Positions 52,534 through 64,000 are shown, numbered from the stretch's first letter. The stretch: 64,000 nt of DNA from Schmidtea polychroa (GCA_044892525.1 CM097885.1:2172001-2236000), one strand, 5' to 3'. The notes: generated by a model from the sequence alone, not told the origin. A program made the numbers and translations.

Positions 52534-52735
52534 TAAAATATAATTATATTTGTTTTGTGATAACCTTAATTAACCTATAATATTTCTTTGTGTACAATAA
52601 ATCATTTCAGACTTTGTTATTTAGCATAAAATGAACTAGTTGATCACGTTTTGATCATGCCTGTCACTTGAAACTTGTTTACAATGAAATTAGTATAAAA
52701 TATCTGGTTCAAATTATTAAATATTATAACTACAA

Positions 52736-53330
52736 ATGGATAATCAAATTACAGGTTTGTTGTCGTTTACACATATTCCATTTAGTAGTTTTTTAATCTA
52801 GGAGTTTTGAAGAGAAAAAATGCAGATGCCGCTCAGGAATTCGGAAAAAGGAAATTTAAAGAAGCGACATTATCCACGGAAACCTTGGTCAATGTTCGAG
52901 TGGATACAAAAAAGCCAGTCGAATTCATGCAATACAAACTAAATTATTTGTATTGTCCAATTTCCTATACATTTAAGGTAAGTTTCTATAAATTATTTTG
53001 GATTTTATTATTATTATTATTTATTGTTAGGAACCAGTAACTCTGGAAAAATGTTTCTACAATGTGAGACTTTCCAAAATCAAGTTTCACGACAAGATGC
53101 TATTGGGACAATTATTTCAGAGGATCAATGAAAATATTGAATTTGATGATGAAGATATGTTCATTAGAAACGATTTGGATATGATTCCCAATGGTGGTAA
53201 GATGAGCAAAATAACCTGCATGGTTACCATATTAATTCAAGGGTATAATGTAAGCAGAGACCGAATCAAACCAATTTGGAAAATTATAAAAGCCGAAGAT
53301 AAGTTTGAAGAGGAACATTGTTCATGTTAA
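52736..53330 (+). CDS. Spliced hypothetical protein, putative OB-fold ssDNA-binding protein; exons 52736-52754, 52802-52977, 53031-53330
   Basis: In-frame GT-AG splicing; TATAAAA at 52694; KRK motifs (NLS-like); C-terminal VTILIQGYNV..IKPIWKIIKA plus acidic tail. Confidence 0.6.
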
Positions 53331-53402
53331 ATTTATTTAATACATCTTTATTAGTGTTTTGGTGTTTTTAAATCATTGAAAATAACTAAAGTTTTAAATT
53401 TA

Positions 53403-53790
53403 TTAATCTTCAATACAATCTCTTTTCATTATATTTTCAACAATATGATCAATACAATTAGTAAAAACAATAGATTCATCTTCTTGTTTAGATTCATTTG
53501 GTAATTTATCTGTTGTAGAATTCTCAATACATGACTTAAGTTCTTCACTAGGCAAATCAGTATATTCATCTTCTTGCTGGGAAATATTTTCAGATTCATA
53601 TGACATATCATCTTCATTAATTTCATCGTCTGAATACGGCCATTTTAATTTCTCTGGAACATTCATAAATTCTCTAATTTTTACATTAGATATTTCCTCT
53701 AATTTTTCAATCAAAAAATTGATTATATATGCTAAATAAAAAAAAAAGAATTAATAAACATAAAATTCATATTTTACCTTTTTCCGACAT
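53403..53790 (-). CDS. Spliced acidic hypothetical protein; exons 53790-53778 and 53731-53403
   Basis: MSEK|AYIINFLIEKLEE.. in frame across a 46-nt GT-AG intron; D/E-rich. Confidence 0.6.
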
Positions 53791-54078
53791 GGTTGAAAAT
53801 AATTAAAATGAAAAAATAATTATGTTTATACTATTATTCAAAAGTAACAAGATGATCGATAGATAGATTATAAGAAAATTAGATATTTCAACACGATACA
53901 TATAATAAAAAGACAAGCAAACTTGCAATGATATTTAACGTTTCAGTTTTTACATTTTTTAAAATATTTATTTCAATTATTTCAACAACACAAAAAGTGT
54001 CAATTTTTTTACTAATTAATTTTCAGCCTAACCTACAACTTTTCACAAAAATCCAAAAAAAAAAAAAAAAAAAAAAAG

Positions 54079-55389
54079 AGACCTTTTTAATGAACCATTA
54101 TTCAATATAATCTATCGAAAGTAATCCTTAAAATTCAAATTTAAAATGTTCGCAAATGTAAAGCATGTTCAATGTATATTAATGAGTATCATACTATAAA
54201 CATTTATTTCTTTACCTTTGTTATTAATACTTTGAATATTGTAAATAATAAAACTATGTATCAAATAATAATATTCAAACTAAACCAAATTTACAAACTA
54301 CCGCGCCAGCCTCTTCGGGGCGGGTGGCGGACGGGCGGCGGGCGGCGGGCGGCGGGCGGCGGGCGGCGGGCGGCGGGCGGCGGGCGGCGGGCGGCGGGCG
54401 GCGGGCGGGCGGGCGGGCGGCGGTTGTGTATGTCGATGATTTTAATTTTTATTAAATGCATTTGTTTGATTTCAAAATTAGATTTGTGTGACGAACCTTG
54501 TTAAATTTTTGGTTTGATGTATTCGAGGAAAAAAAAAAATTGTAAAATATTCTTTTACTATTTAGTTGGAAAATTTGGGAAAATAGTTTTGAAAACTTTT
54601 TAAAATTTGAAAAATTTTGAGTTGGGAAATTTGGGGAATTTCATTTTTGGGACTTTTTAATTTTTGAAAAAATTTGAGTTGGGAAAATTGTTTTTGGGAA
54701 TTTTTAAAATTTGGGAAATTTATTTTGGGGATTGAAAGATTTGTTGAAATGATCAATTTACAGTTTGAATAAAAATCAAAGTTTTTGACACTTGAGGGTA
54801 AGGACTCACCATACATCTTTGAAGGTTTGACCATCACACTCTACTCTCAAATACCTTTTGAATGATGTATATATATTATAAAGTTTGAAAAAATTCGAAA
54901 TTTTTTGACCCTTTGAAGGTGAAGGACTCACCATACACCTTTGATTGTATGACCATCATACTCACATCTCAATTACCTTTTGAATGACATGTATTATAGA
55001 GTTTGAAAAAATTCGAGGGTTTTGCACCTTTTGAAGGTTAGGGATTCACCATACACCTTTGAAGGTATGATCATTGTACTTTACTCTCAAATATCTTTTG
55101 AATGATGTATATATTATAGGGATACATGTTAAAAATAACTTGATCTACATATTTTTTATAAACTATATAGTCGTGACCTACTTAATTTGACTTATTTATT
55201 TATATAGTGTCCTGGAGGTAACATTTATTTAAAGTAACTTGACCTACATATTTTAATACCTATATAGTCGTGACCTACATAATTTTAACTTGATCTACTT
55301 AATTTTAACTTGACCTACTTATATATATGTGTCCTGGAGGTGACATGTCCTGGAGGTGACATGTCCTGGAGGTGACACATCTTACTACT
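54079..55389 (-). repeat. Right terminal inverted repeat with internal deletion and expanded (GGGCGGC)n
   Basis: 54144-55389 mirrors 39143-40295; 54079-54135 mirrors 40855-40911. Confidence 0.95.
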
Positions 55390-55392
55390 TAC

Positions 55393-55813
55393 AAACAATG
55401 CTTAGCAATACACAAACAATGCGTAGCAATACACAAACAATGCGTAGCAATACACAAACAATGCTTAGCAATACACAAACAATGCTTAGCAATACACAAA
55501 CAATGCTTAGCAATACACAAACAATGCTTAGCAATACACAAACAATGCGTAGCAATACACAAACAATGCGTAGCAATACACAAACAATGCGTAGCAATAC
55601 ACAAACAATGCGTAGCAATACACAAACAATGCGTAGCAATACACAAACAATGCTTAGCAATACACAAACAATGCTTAGCAATACACAAACAATGCTTAGC
55701 AATACACAAACAATGCTTAGCAATACACAAACAATATAGATACAGTCCAGACATCCACAAACAATAAAAATAAATTATTCACTCCATTTTCTGAATTTCA
55801 TTTCATTTATTTA
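55393..55813 (+). repeat. 21-bp minisatellite AAACAATGC(T/G)TAGCAATACAC (16 units) grading into one 30-bp unit and its usual flank
   Basis: After the array, AAACAATATAGATACAGTCC...TTATTCACTCCATTTTCTGAATTTCATTTC matches 38431-38500. Confidence 0.95.
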
Positions 55814-56663
55814 TGAATTCTATTAGCCTCTCGTAATTGTTGTCTTCTTTCTTCTGATATCTCTAATTTTAATAACATTCTTTTTCCGTTCTCAGACATT
55901 ATCTATATTATAAGAGTGAAGGATTGTCTGTCAAATTATCCTTACTATTATTATATCAATAAGTGATATTATATTAATGCAATTATACATATATGTATCA
56001 TATGGACAGACAAACAGACAAACCTTTATTCTTATAATATAGATTACCATTTCAGCTGTCGGTAGGGAAAATAACTCGAAACTCAAATGATATAGAAAGT
56101 TGAAAATAAGATAATTATAAGTTTACTCGGATATACTAATTAGACTTCAATATGTCATAGGTAGAGCGTTTGATGAATCATTGGCTTAAGGTTGAGATTG
56201 AAACAGTAAAATTTCTATCATTTTACAGGTGAGGACCAGCATAGGTATTTGTATATACATATGATCCTTTTCTTTCTGGCTGTTGCTACAAGGCTAACTG
56301 ACCTATCATCAAAGTATCTGTCCACAACCGATTGCTGACGTAAAAGATGGAAGCACGTGCATTTGACGGTGGAAAATCCGTGATCTCACCTTGAATAACT
56401 AGTTTAGTTTTACTTCAAACCAAATTTCCCTGGATTACACAATATTACACAATTCTCCATTTATTCGATTTATTAATCTTTATACGGCGCACTGACAATT
56501 GAGCGCAGAATCGCAGCGCGCAGTATAACTAATATATAAATAACATGCTTATCGATAGAAAGTAAAGTGCTGACATCACAAAAATATGGAACGTTGTGAA
56601 TCATCCCAACTTTCTAAATTTCGGGAGAGTATATATACTATGAAAAATATGAAAGATTGGAAG

Positions 56664-56903
56664 CAGTGGCGGAACTTCAAAATTTGCCCCCCCCCCGCAC
56701 AATGTAAAATATTTCCACTTAAATTTTTCGGTTAAAGTTTAATAGATAGTTATTCACAGCAGCCGCTATTCAATGATAGTTTTATGTTTGTAGGCAAATA
56801 TAACTGAGGGGGGAAAGTTTCAGAAAATGATTGTAAATATTTTTTTAGTAATAATTTTGGGCCCCCGCAACGCAGGGTCCTGCGTCCTTTAGTTACGCCA
56901 CTG
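56664..56903. mobile_element. hAT-family MITE
   Basis: TIRs CAGTGGCGGAACT / AGTTACGCCACTG; perfect 8-bp TSD ATTGGAAG. Confidence 0.92.
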
Positions 56904-57196
56904 ATTGGAAGCTATTATTCCAACTTATGGCAGCATCAGTAAAATGGAGTTTCTAAGAATAATCTCCAATAATATTGAAATTTGAAATTTTTATATATTA
57001 ATTATATTTTATTATCAATGTCTAAAAATAAAAGTTCTAATTTAGTATTATTGGAGTTTAATTAACTATATATAAAATAATTACTTGCGCGTAAAAGTCG
57101 CTGCAGCCTATATGCATAATTTCTATGTAACAATGAATGAATATTAATTAATTATTAGTTATTGATTTTTTGTATATATTTTGTATATCAATTTTG

Positions 57197-57562
<366 letters not shown>

Positions 57563-57909
57563 GCTCTGTGGTTTGATTTTAAACTTTTAAAACAAAGAAA
57601 TAACAAATTATCTAAAATTGAAATTTAAACATGAAAAATACAATTTTATAATATCTTATCATATAATTTTTTAATTTAAATTAGTAAACTGTTTTAATAT
57701 TAATTTTATTGAAATAGATTTTGAATTTAGAAGTAAATTGTTTTATTTATTATTTATTATGTCGAGGCGTCTCATCTGAGCATTTACTTTTAATTATTTA
57801 TTTACTATTGATTAAAACAGAAAAATGTTATTTTTCTGGGATTAACGCAACAATTCCTATAGAAAGCACTCTTACTAGAAATTGTTCCCGTATAATTTCT
57901 TTCTATTCA

Positions 57910-58690
57910 TTCATTTCTATTCATCGCATCATCTTCCAGAATTCCTCCCTGCAATTGGTAAATCGATTGTAATGTTTCAAACTTGCCTCTTCTTTATTCA
58001 ATACGTATTATATTGAGGTTTGTCATTCTTCTGTGAATCATTTGCCTTTCTCCTTGTTGCAACGCGCATCTCTCCAATATCACAAATTCCCAATAAATGA
58101 TTCGTGAGTGTTCATAATTTCAGCAAAACAGATAGTGAATGACAAATCAAATCAGGAACTCTCATAGCCCCATTTTCATCAATTCTGACTCCATTACGTT
58201 CTTATAAACTTGATTTAGTGAACATATAGAGAAATTAGGGAAATATGATCGTACATTTATTTAGCTGAAGATTCGACAAGGACTTGACAAGTTGTCTTCG
58301 TGGGTTACCCAGACATCAAGTACATTATTCACCCCTCCTTTTGACGGATTGGTAAAGAATTCTGAGCACATTTATACTATCGCATCTGCCGGTTGCATCA
58401 TTAACCCGGTTTGTTGGTTATGTTTCTGGAACATTTCAATAGCCCTTATCATTTAGATCCCATTTGATGTTACCAAGGAAAATGTGCGCCTCCTCTCGAA
58501 TGCCTTGAATCCGATATTGTCGAGGCCCATCACAAATGCGCCGCAACTTTCTAAATTTCTCCAAGATTCTCTGAAAATTGACTTTTGAAACGAGTTTTTA
58601 TTTAATAAATTTTGTTCTTCGTTTTTATTCTATTACCAGTTTATGTTTCCCCTTTCCAACTGTGATTTCATGAAGCCTCAAATAATTCTA
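57910..58690 (-). other. Possible short-intron coding region of unknown identity
   Basis: Higher GC and several GT..AG pairs with open stretches (RILEKFRKLRRICDGPRQYRIQGIREEAHIFL). No consistent model or family recognised. Confidence 0.3.
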
Positions 58691-59890
58691 TACCATTTTA
58701 CGCTCATTTGAAACATTTTACTAATCAATTGAAAAAATAAATCTTTGATTGAAACATTCTATTATTATTTGAGGAATTACTGAGGGACTAAAAGTACAAA
58801 TGCAATTATTATGCAAAAAAAGCTTAATTATACAAAAATCAATATAATTAAAAGACATGCCTCATGCATATGGACGAAGCAAATGAAACAGTTGTCGACA
58901 ATCCAAACGCAATTGAGGACAAATGTAATTGTTAGAGTTGGGTCAACAGAGATTGGCGGAAAATGACATAATTTGGTAAATAAATAAAAATAATAATTTT
59001 ACAATTACTAAAAATAGAATTTATATATGAATAGCAATATTTTACTACAACAATAGGGTTAGCCTACTTATAACATTTATTTATTAAAAATAGTTTAACC
59101 TTTGACAACGAATTGTAAAAAATTAAATTTCTGTAACTTTAACGTTAAAAATCAGCTATATGACTTGTTTAAAACGTGTAATGTTGATATATTAACGAGT
59201 ATAGACGAAACTAGTCGAAAATACTATAAACACTAGTGGAACAAGCGTTGGTTGTAATAGGACAGAGAATAAGGCATCTATATTTTTTTTAAATTTGACT
59301 AGGACATATATGTGTCCCGACAGTGGTCAAAGGGTTAAAAAGGTAATTAATTATTATTAATTTTAGAAAAATAATATTAATTAATTTTAAGGTCTACATT
59401 TTGATGGCAATATCACACACGTGCAAGTTTTGGGCGTCTGCAATTCTTAATAGTAATTTGAATGAATTTTTGAGCACAGTATAAATACCAAGAATGTTTA
59501 TTAAGCTGAAAACTTTAGTGTTAGGTATTAGCTTTTTATAAGTTAAGTTACCGATTGTCATTCAACAGACTGCTTCGTCGAGTGTTTCTTTGCAAATTTA
59601 ACATTTGAGAAGTGAAGTTATTAGGAGACGTTGTTACCAATTCTTTGGGAATCCATCATCTTTTATCTATCAATTTTGAGCGAAGCTGTAGATAAATTAG
59701 AATCCAGCTCGCCATCTTTTAGAATTATCTGAGGACTGTCGGGCAAAACCGATATCTTTACTTCAGAGTTTTGTAGCAGCATTTTTTGGGTAGTTTTATT
59801 TTTCCAATATTTTTGCTATATATTGTGTACTTTATATTTTATTATTGAAAGCGAGTTGTTTTATTTACTTAAACGCGCAGTATCTTTTAT

Positions 59891-60620
59891 CAAATTATCA
59901 ATAAAATATAATCAATAATTTATCCAGTACAAATTATCAATAAAATATAATCAATAATTTATCCAGTACAAATTATCAATAAAATATAATCAATAATTTA
60001 TCCAGTACAAATTATCAATAAAATATAATCAATAATTTATCCAGTACAAATTATCAATAAAATATAATCAATAATTTACCCAGCAGAAATTATCAATAAA
60101 ATATAATCAATAATTTATCCAGCACAAATAATCAATAAAATATAATCAATAATTATCAAATTATCAATAAAATATAATCAATAATTATCAAAATATCAAT
60201 AAAATATAATCAATAATTTACCCAGCACAAATTATCAATAAAATATAATCAATAATTTACCCAGCACAAATTATCAATAAAATATAATCAATAATTTACC
60301 CAGCAGAAATTATCAATGAAATATAATCAATAATTTATCCAGCACAAATAATCAATAAAATATAATCAATCATTATCAAATTATCAATAAAATATAATCA
60401 ATAATTATCAATAAAATATAATCAATAATTTATCCAGCACAAATAATCAATAAAATATAATCAATAATTTACCCAGCACAAAATATCAATAAAATATAAT
60501 CAATAATTTATCCAGCACAAATAATCAATAAAATATAATCAATAATTTATCCAACACAAATAATCAATAAAATATAATCAATAATTTATCCAGCACAAAT
60601 AATCAATAGAATATAATCAA
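59891..60620. repeat. ~39-bp minisatellite AAATTATCAATAAAATATAATCAATAATTTATCCAGTAC
   Basis: Tandem copies with variants. Confidence 0.92.
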
Positions 60621-60650
60621 TTGTGAAAGCCAGTGAAAAATTCCAAAAAA

Positions 60651-62255
60651 TTAATTGAAAAACATTTTAGTCCTAGTGACGATGCCAGCCTTACAGAAGG
60701 GGCATTCAAATAACTCCATGGAGCAAACATTACATGTCAAATGGCCGCATTGGAATCCAATTTCCACTTTATTATCTGAGCAAATTTGGCACATCTAAAT
60801 TGTGATAAATCAATACAAATTCATCATATAATCTTACTGGTATTTCCTTATCATGTTCATTTCCTTCATTATCAGGTCTGGCACTGTTTCTGTGACATTT
60901 CTCGATCTCCCCTTAGCAACAATGTCTGTGCACGCATCAATTATCCGCTGGCCACGTGACGTCCTCTTATAAATGTCACCGCCCAATGAAATTATTGTTT
61001 TAATAGCTGAGATTAATTTCCTTTTAAAATTTGCCTAGAAATCGATCAATGCGATAAATCAATAATCAATCAATACATTATTGGCAATCGATATTTTCTC
61101 CAATAATTGTGTCAGTGAACATTTGCCGCTTTTATCCTCCCCATCGAATTCCTTTGATTCAGTGATCAATGCGTTCACCAGTTCCATTTCTCCCATTTCA
61201 ATTGCAATTTGGAGAGGAATTTGATTCCTTATATTTCGCAACATGACAAATTTGCCTTGATTTACCGAATTCAATAATTTCCATGCAAATTCCATCTTCC
61301 TTTCTTGCAATATAAATGTGAGTAAATTTTCACCGTTTCCAAATGTCCTCGGTGCCGATATTTCCGTTTGTATCAAATGGACAAATAGCTCGATATCATC
61401 ACTGTTTACAGCTTTGTAAAGGAGATTCTGTATAACCGACTGCTGCAATATGGAACTCGATTTATTGAATAGTAATCTTATTAGGTTAGCTCCAGCAATC
61501 TCGCATGATTGAAAGGTCTCATTAGAAATAGCTGACCGCAAAAAATTGTCAGGTAAAAGCTCTATCAATGCTTTTGCATATGAGAACCACTGATTTAGGA
61601 AAGCCGTTTGAAAATCATTTGAAGTGAAATTTCTCAACCTCGCCTTATTGGACACGAGAGCAAGCATTAATCTGATCAATTGATTTATTATCAATGATTT
61701 ATTGATAAATTTCAATAAATTCTACTTTTCACTTCCAATATTCGATGCCAATTGAAATACGGTGATTAGATTGGTTGATTTAACATTGGCATTTGCTCCT
61801 TTTCCAATCAATATATTTGTGATATCGATTAATTTATTCAAGTTCTACAATTGATATTTACAAGCCAATCAAAATATTTAATTACCTCATCATTGATATC
61901 AATTGGTGGCTCGACAAGCATCTCACGCAATGGAGAGTTTCCCAAATTGTTAACACTATCAACCTGTGCTCCAGCATTGAGTAGTGAACTGCACATATTT
62001 GGTTGCAGGCATTTCACCGCGAGATGCAGGAGTGAATTGTTGTCTCCGTCATGAGCATTCGAACTACTTAAATCGAGTCGTTCGAGAAAACACGGAAAAA
62101 GAATTCCATGAAATTTCAATGACAATGTCAACGCGTTTTCATAGCAAGTCAAAGAAATTATTGATTGTGCAAATGGAATAACTGAAAATATTCAAATCAT
62201 TAATATTAATTGAATCGTGTCTTTTATGGCCCATTACCCCTCCATTCATCTACTG
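60651..62255 (-). CDS. Ankyrin-repeat plus C-terminal RING E3 ligase (Mind bomb-like C-terminus); 5' end unresolved
   Basis: Ankyrin motifs SLLHLAVK..LLNAGAQVDSVNNLGNSPL and QIPLQIAIEMGEMELVNALI. Last exon MCQICSDNKVEIGFQCGHLTCNVCSMELFECPFCKAGIVTRTKMFFN*. Needs +1 G at 60909-60912. Confidence 0.8.
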
Positions 62256-63581
62256 CTTCAAAATAAAATGTTAAATTTAAGTTATGCAAATTGATTTGAT
62301 CAGTTATTATTAATTTATAATAATAATTAAACAAACAAAAATGGGAAAATATTTTTAATTCCAGAAATTCAATTTAAACAAAATTAAACCTTTATAAAGA
62401 AGTATAACAGCATTAAGAAATGAAAATGAAAATATTATTTACACTATAAAAAATCCAATAAATACACGAAAGTAAAAATCCTAAACATTGCGAAACATTG
62501 CAAATGCATTCAGTCAACAATCAGAATGGGAATTTCACTGACTTCATCAGTAAATGTTTATTACTGGATGCGCGCATCTATGATAAGGATGACCTCTTTT
62601 AATCTGAGATTTTATAATTGTTGTCGCTGGCTAAACTAATCTCACCCTTTTTGGCTTTGGAGTCAAACATATTTAAAGAGTTACAAAACTTATTGAGTGC
62701 CATAAATAGTTAACTCACATTAAAAAGGTAAAATCATTGACTCATTAAAACAACTTCGATAAATTAAATCATAAAAAAGATTTCGTTTATTTTCATTACG
62801 ACAAAAACATTAATTTTCTATGCAACACAAATTCCGATTTCATAACATTTGATAAAGGCTTTATAATATATATTTTTATTATTTTAATGTTTCTAATGAT
62901 TTGTAAGTGCCATAAAATATTTATTAGCAGGAATTGATGTAAATCAGCGCCTAAGATTAACGACCCCATCATCATATTGAATCATAGATACCAAGGTATG
63001 GAGCATCAGGATTACTATTAGCAATAGAGAAAATGTTTTGAAAGTATGATGATAAATGAAATACGTAAGGAATATAGAACAAGAATTAATTTATTCGAGT
63101 CATTCAGCAAAAAGATAAGGGACAATTTCATACTATGCGGCAGGGATGTCCAACCCGTAGCTCACAACGACTTTTGATGTGGCTCATTTTATCAACTCGG
63201 GCAATAAATGTCTAAAAGATTATTTGCTCTATAAAATACAATATCGCTGTAATTGGCCATATTTGTTCAGGCATTTCTTTAATTTGATAGTTAAATATAT
63301 AGAATGAAAATACTTTTATTGTAGGTATTATTTTGATTGATTATTTGTAGTTTTCTGTTTTATTAAATTGTTACGCCACTGACCAGGAATATTTTCCTTT
63401 CAAAAGGACATTAGGTGATATTGATAGAAAATGAAGTCAATTATTATAGACTCCATGAAAACATTAAATCTTTACACAAAGGAAAGTTTATGTGTCTCGA
63501 TAATCTAACTTTATTGATTTTTTTAGGTTATAGAAACTCTTGTTCATTGAATGTTTCATTTATGTTAGTCATTATTATATA

Positions 63582-63831
63582 CACTCATACCTCGCTTTAC
63601 GGCCTACATACGTTCCACGAAACTTGGCCGCAAAGCGAAAAGCCGTATAAGAAATCGAGATTGCGCTTGCGTAAGATTGGCAACATGTAGATATATCGAC
63701 ATCGAAAAAAAGTTTTTTTATGCCGTTATAGCGAAACATTTTAGGCCGTAAATCGAAAACGTGCCTTAATTAAAGAGGGCCGTTATAGCGAAATGCCGTA
63801 TAAAGAGCGGCCGTATAGCGAGGTATGGGTG
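63582..63831. mobile_element. Tc1/mariner-pogo-type MITE
   Basis: 23-bp TIRs CACTCATACCTCGCTTTACGGCC / GGCCGTATAGCGAGGTATGGGTG, with TA on both sides. Confidence 0.88.
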
Positions 63832-64000
63832 TATTAGCAATTACTTTGTAGTTACCTTAATCATGTTGGAACAGGAACAAATTAAAATTTTTCAGAAAGC
63901 TTGACACTATAGCACGACAAAAGATGACTCAAAATATCTTGTTTATCATAAATCTTTTTTTAATCTTATACTGAAAATTTAAAAATTCTCTAATTACAAA

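Larger units (their letters stand above)
45995..53830 (-). promoter_or_regulatory. Recurrent TATAAACAA box upstream of Polinton genes (span of dispersed sites)
   Basis: Exact copies at 45995-46003, 47865-47873, 48289-48297, 50439-50447, 50922-50930 and 51569-51577; variants at 49268-49276 (GATAAACAA) and 53822-53830 (TATAAACAT). Confidence 0.65.
39143..55389. mobile_element. Complete Polinton/Maverick (adintovirus-like) endogenous virus, 16,247 bp
   Basis: Termini AGTAGTAAGATGTGTCACC...GGTGACACATCTTACTACT; perfect TSD TACAAA (39137-39142 and 55390-55395); long TIRs; pPolB, INT, ATPase, PRO, MCP and mCP all present. Confidence 0.98.

Noticed and set aside
54172..54504. GRRAAG-repeat ORF
   Set aside because: Reads from the deleted RING remnant through the GC heptamer array of the TIR; not preserved in the left TIR.
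63141..63381. Single hAT MITE
   Set aside because: Ends (CAGGGATGTCCAAC versus TTACGCCACTG) are not complementary and no TSD is seen; probably fragments of two families.

Overview
AT-rich animal DNA with many 35-60 nt GT-AG introns and long (ATT/AAT)n microsatellites. A near-exact triclad spliced-leader exon at 161-202 points to a planarian flatworm. The left part holds the 3' end of an ASH/Ig-like-domain gene, hAT debris and MITEs, and a ~29 kb multi-exon CFAP54 gene (8178-36980) whose introns carry a RACK1 retropseudogene, a mariner relic and a minisatellite-bearing Helitron-like element. The main feature is a complete 16.25 kb Polinton/Maverick endogenous virus (39143-55389). It has AGTAGT termini, a perfect 6-bp TSD (TACAAA) and >1.1 kb TIRs, and encodes pPolB, adenain protease, major and minor capsid proteins, integrase, packaging ATPase and two core/membrane proteins. 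Unusually, it also encodes a TATA-binding-protein homologue. Most of its genes are preceded by the same TATAAACAA box, suggesting a self-encoded TBP/promoter system. It carries nine reconstructable host-style spliceosomal introns, a putative OB-fold SSB, an IAP-type RING gene and an overprinted myristoylation-motif ORF. The right end has MITEs, satellites and an ankyrin+RING (Mind bomb-like) gene. All calls come from reading motifs by eye; no searches were run.
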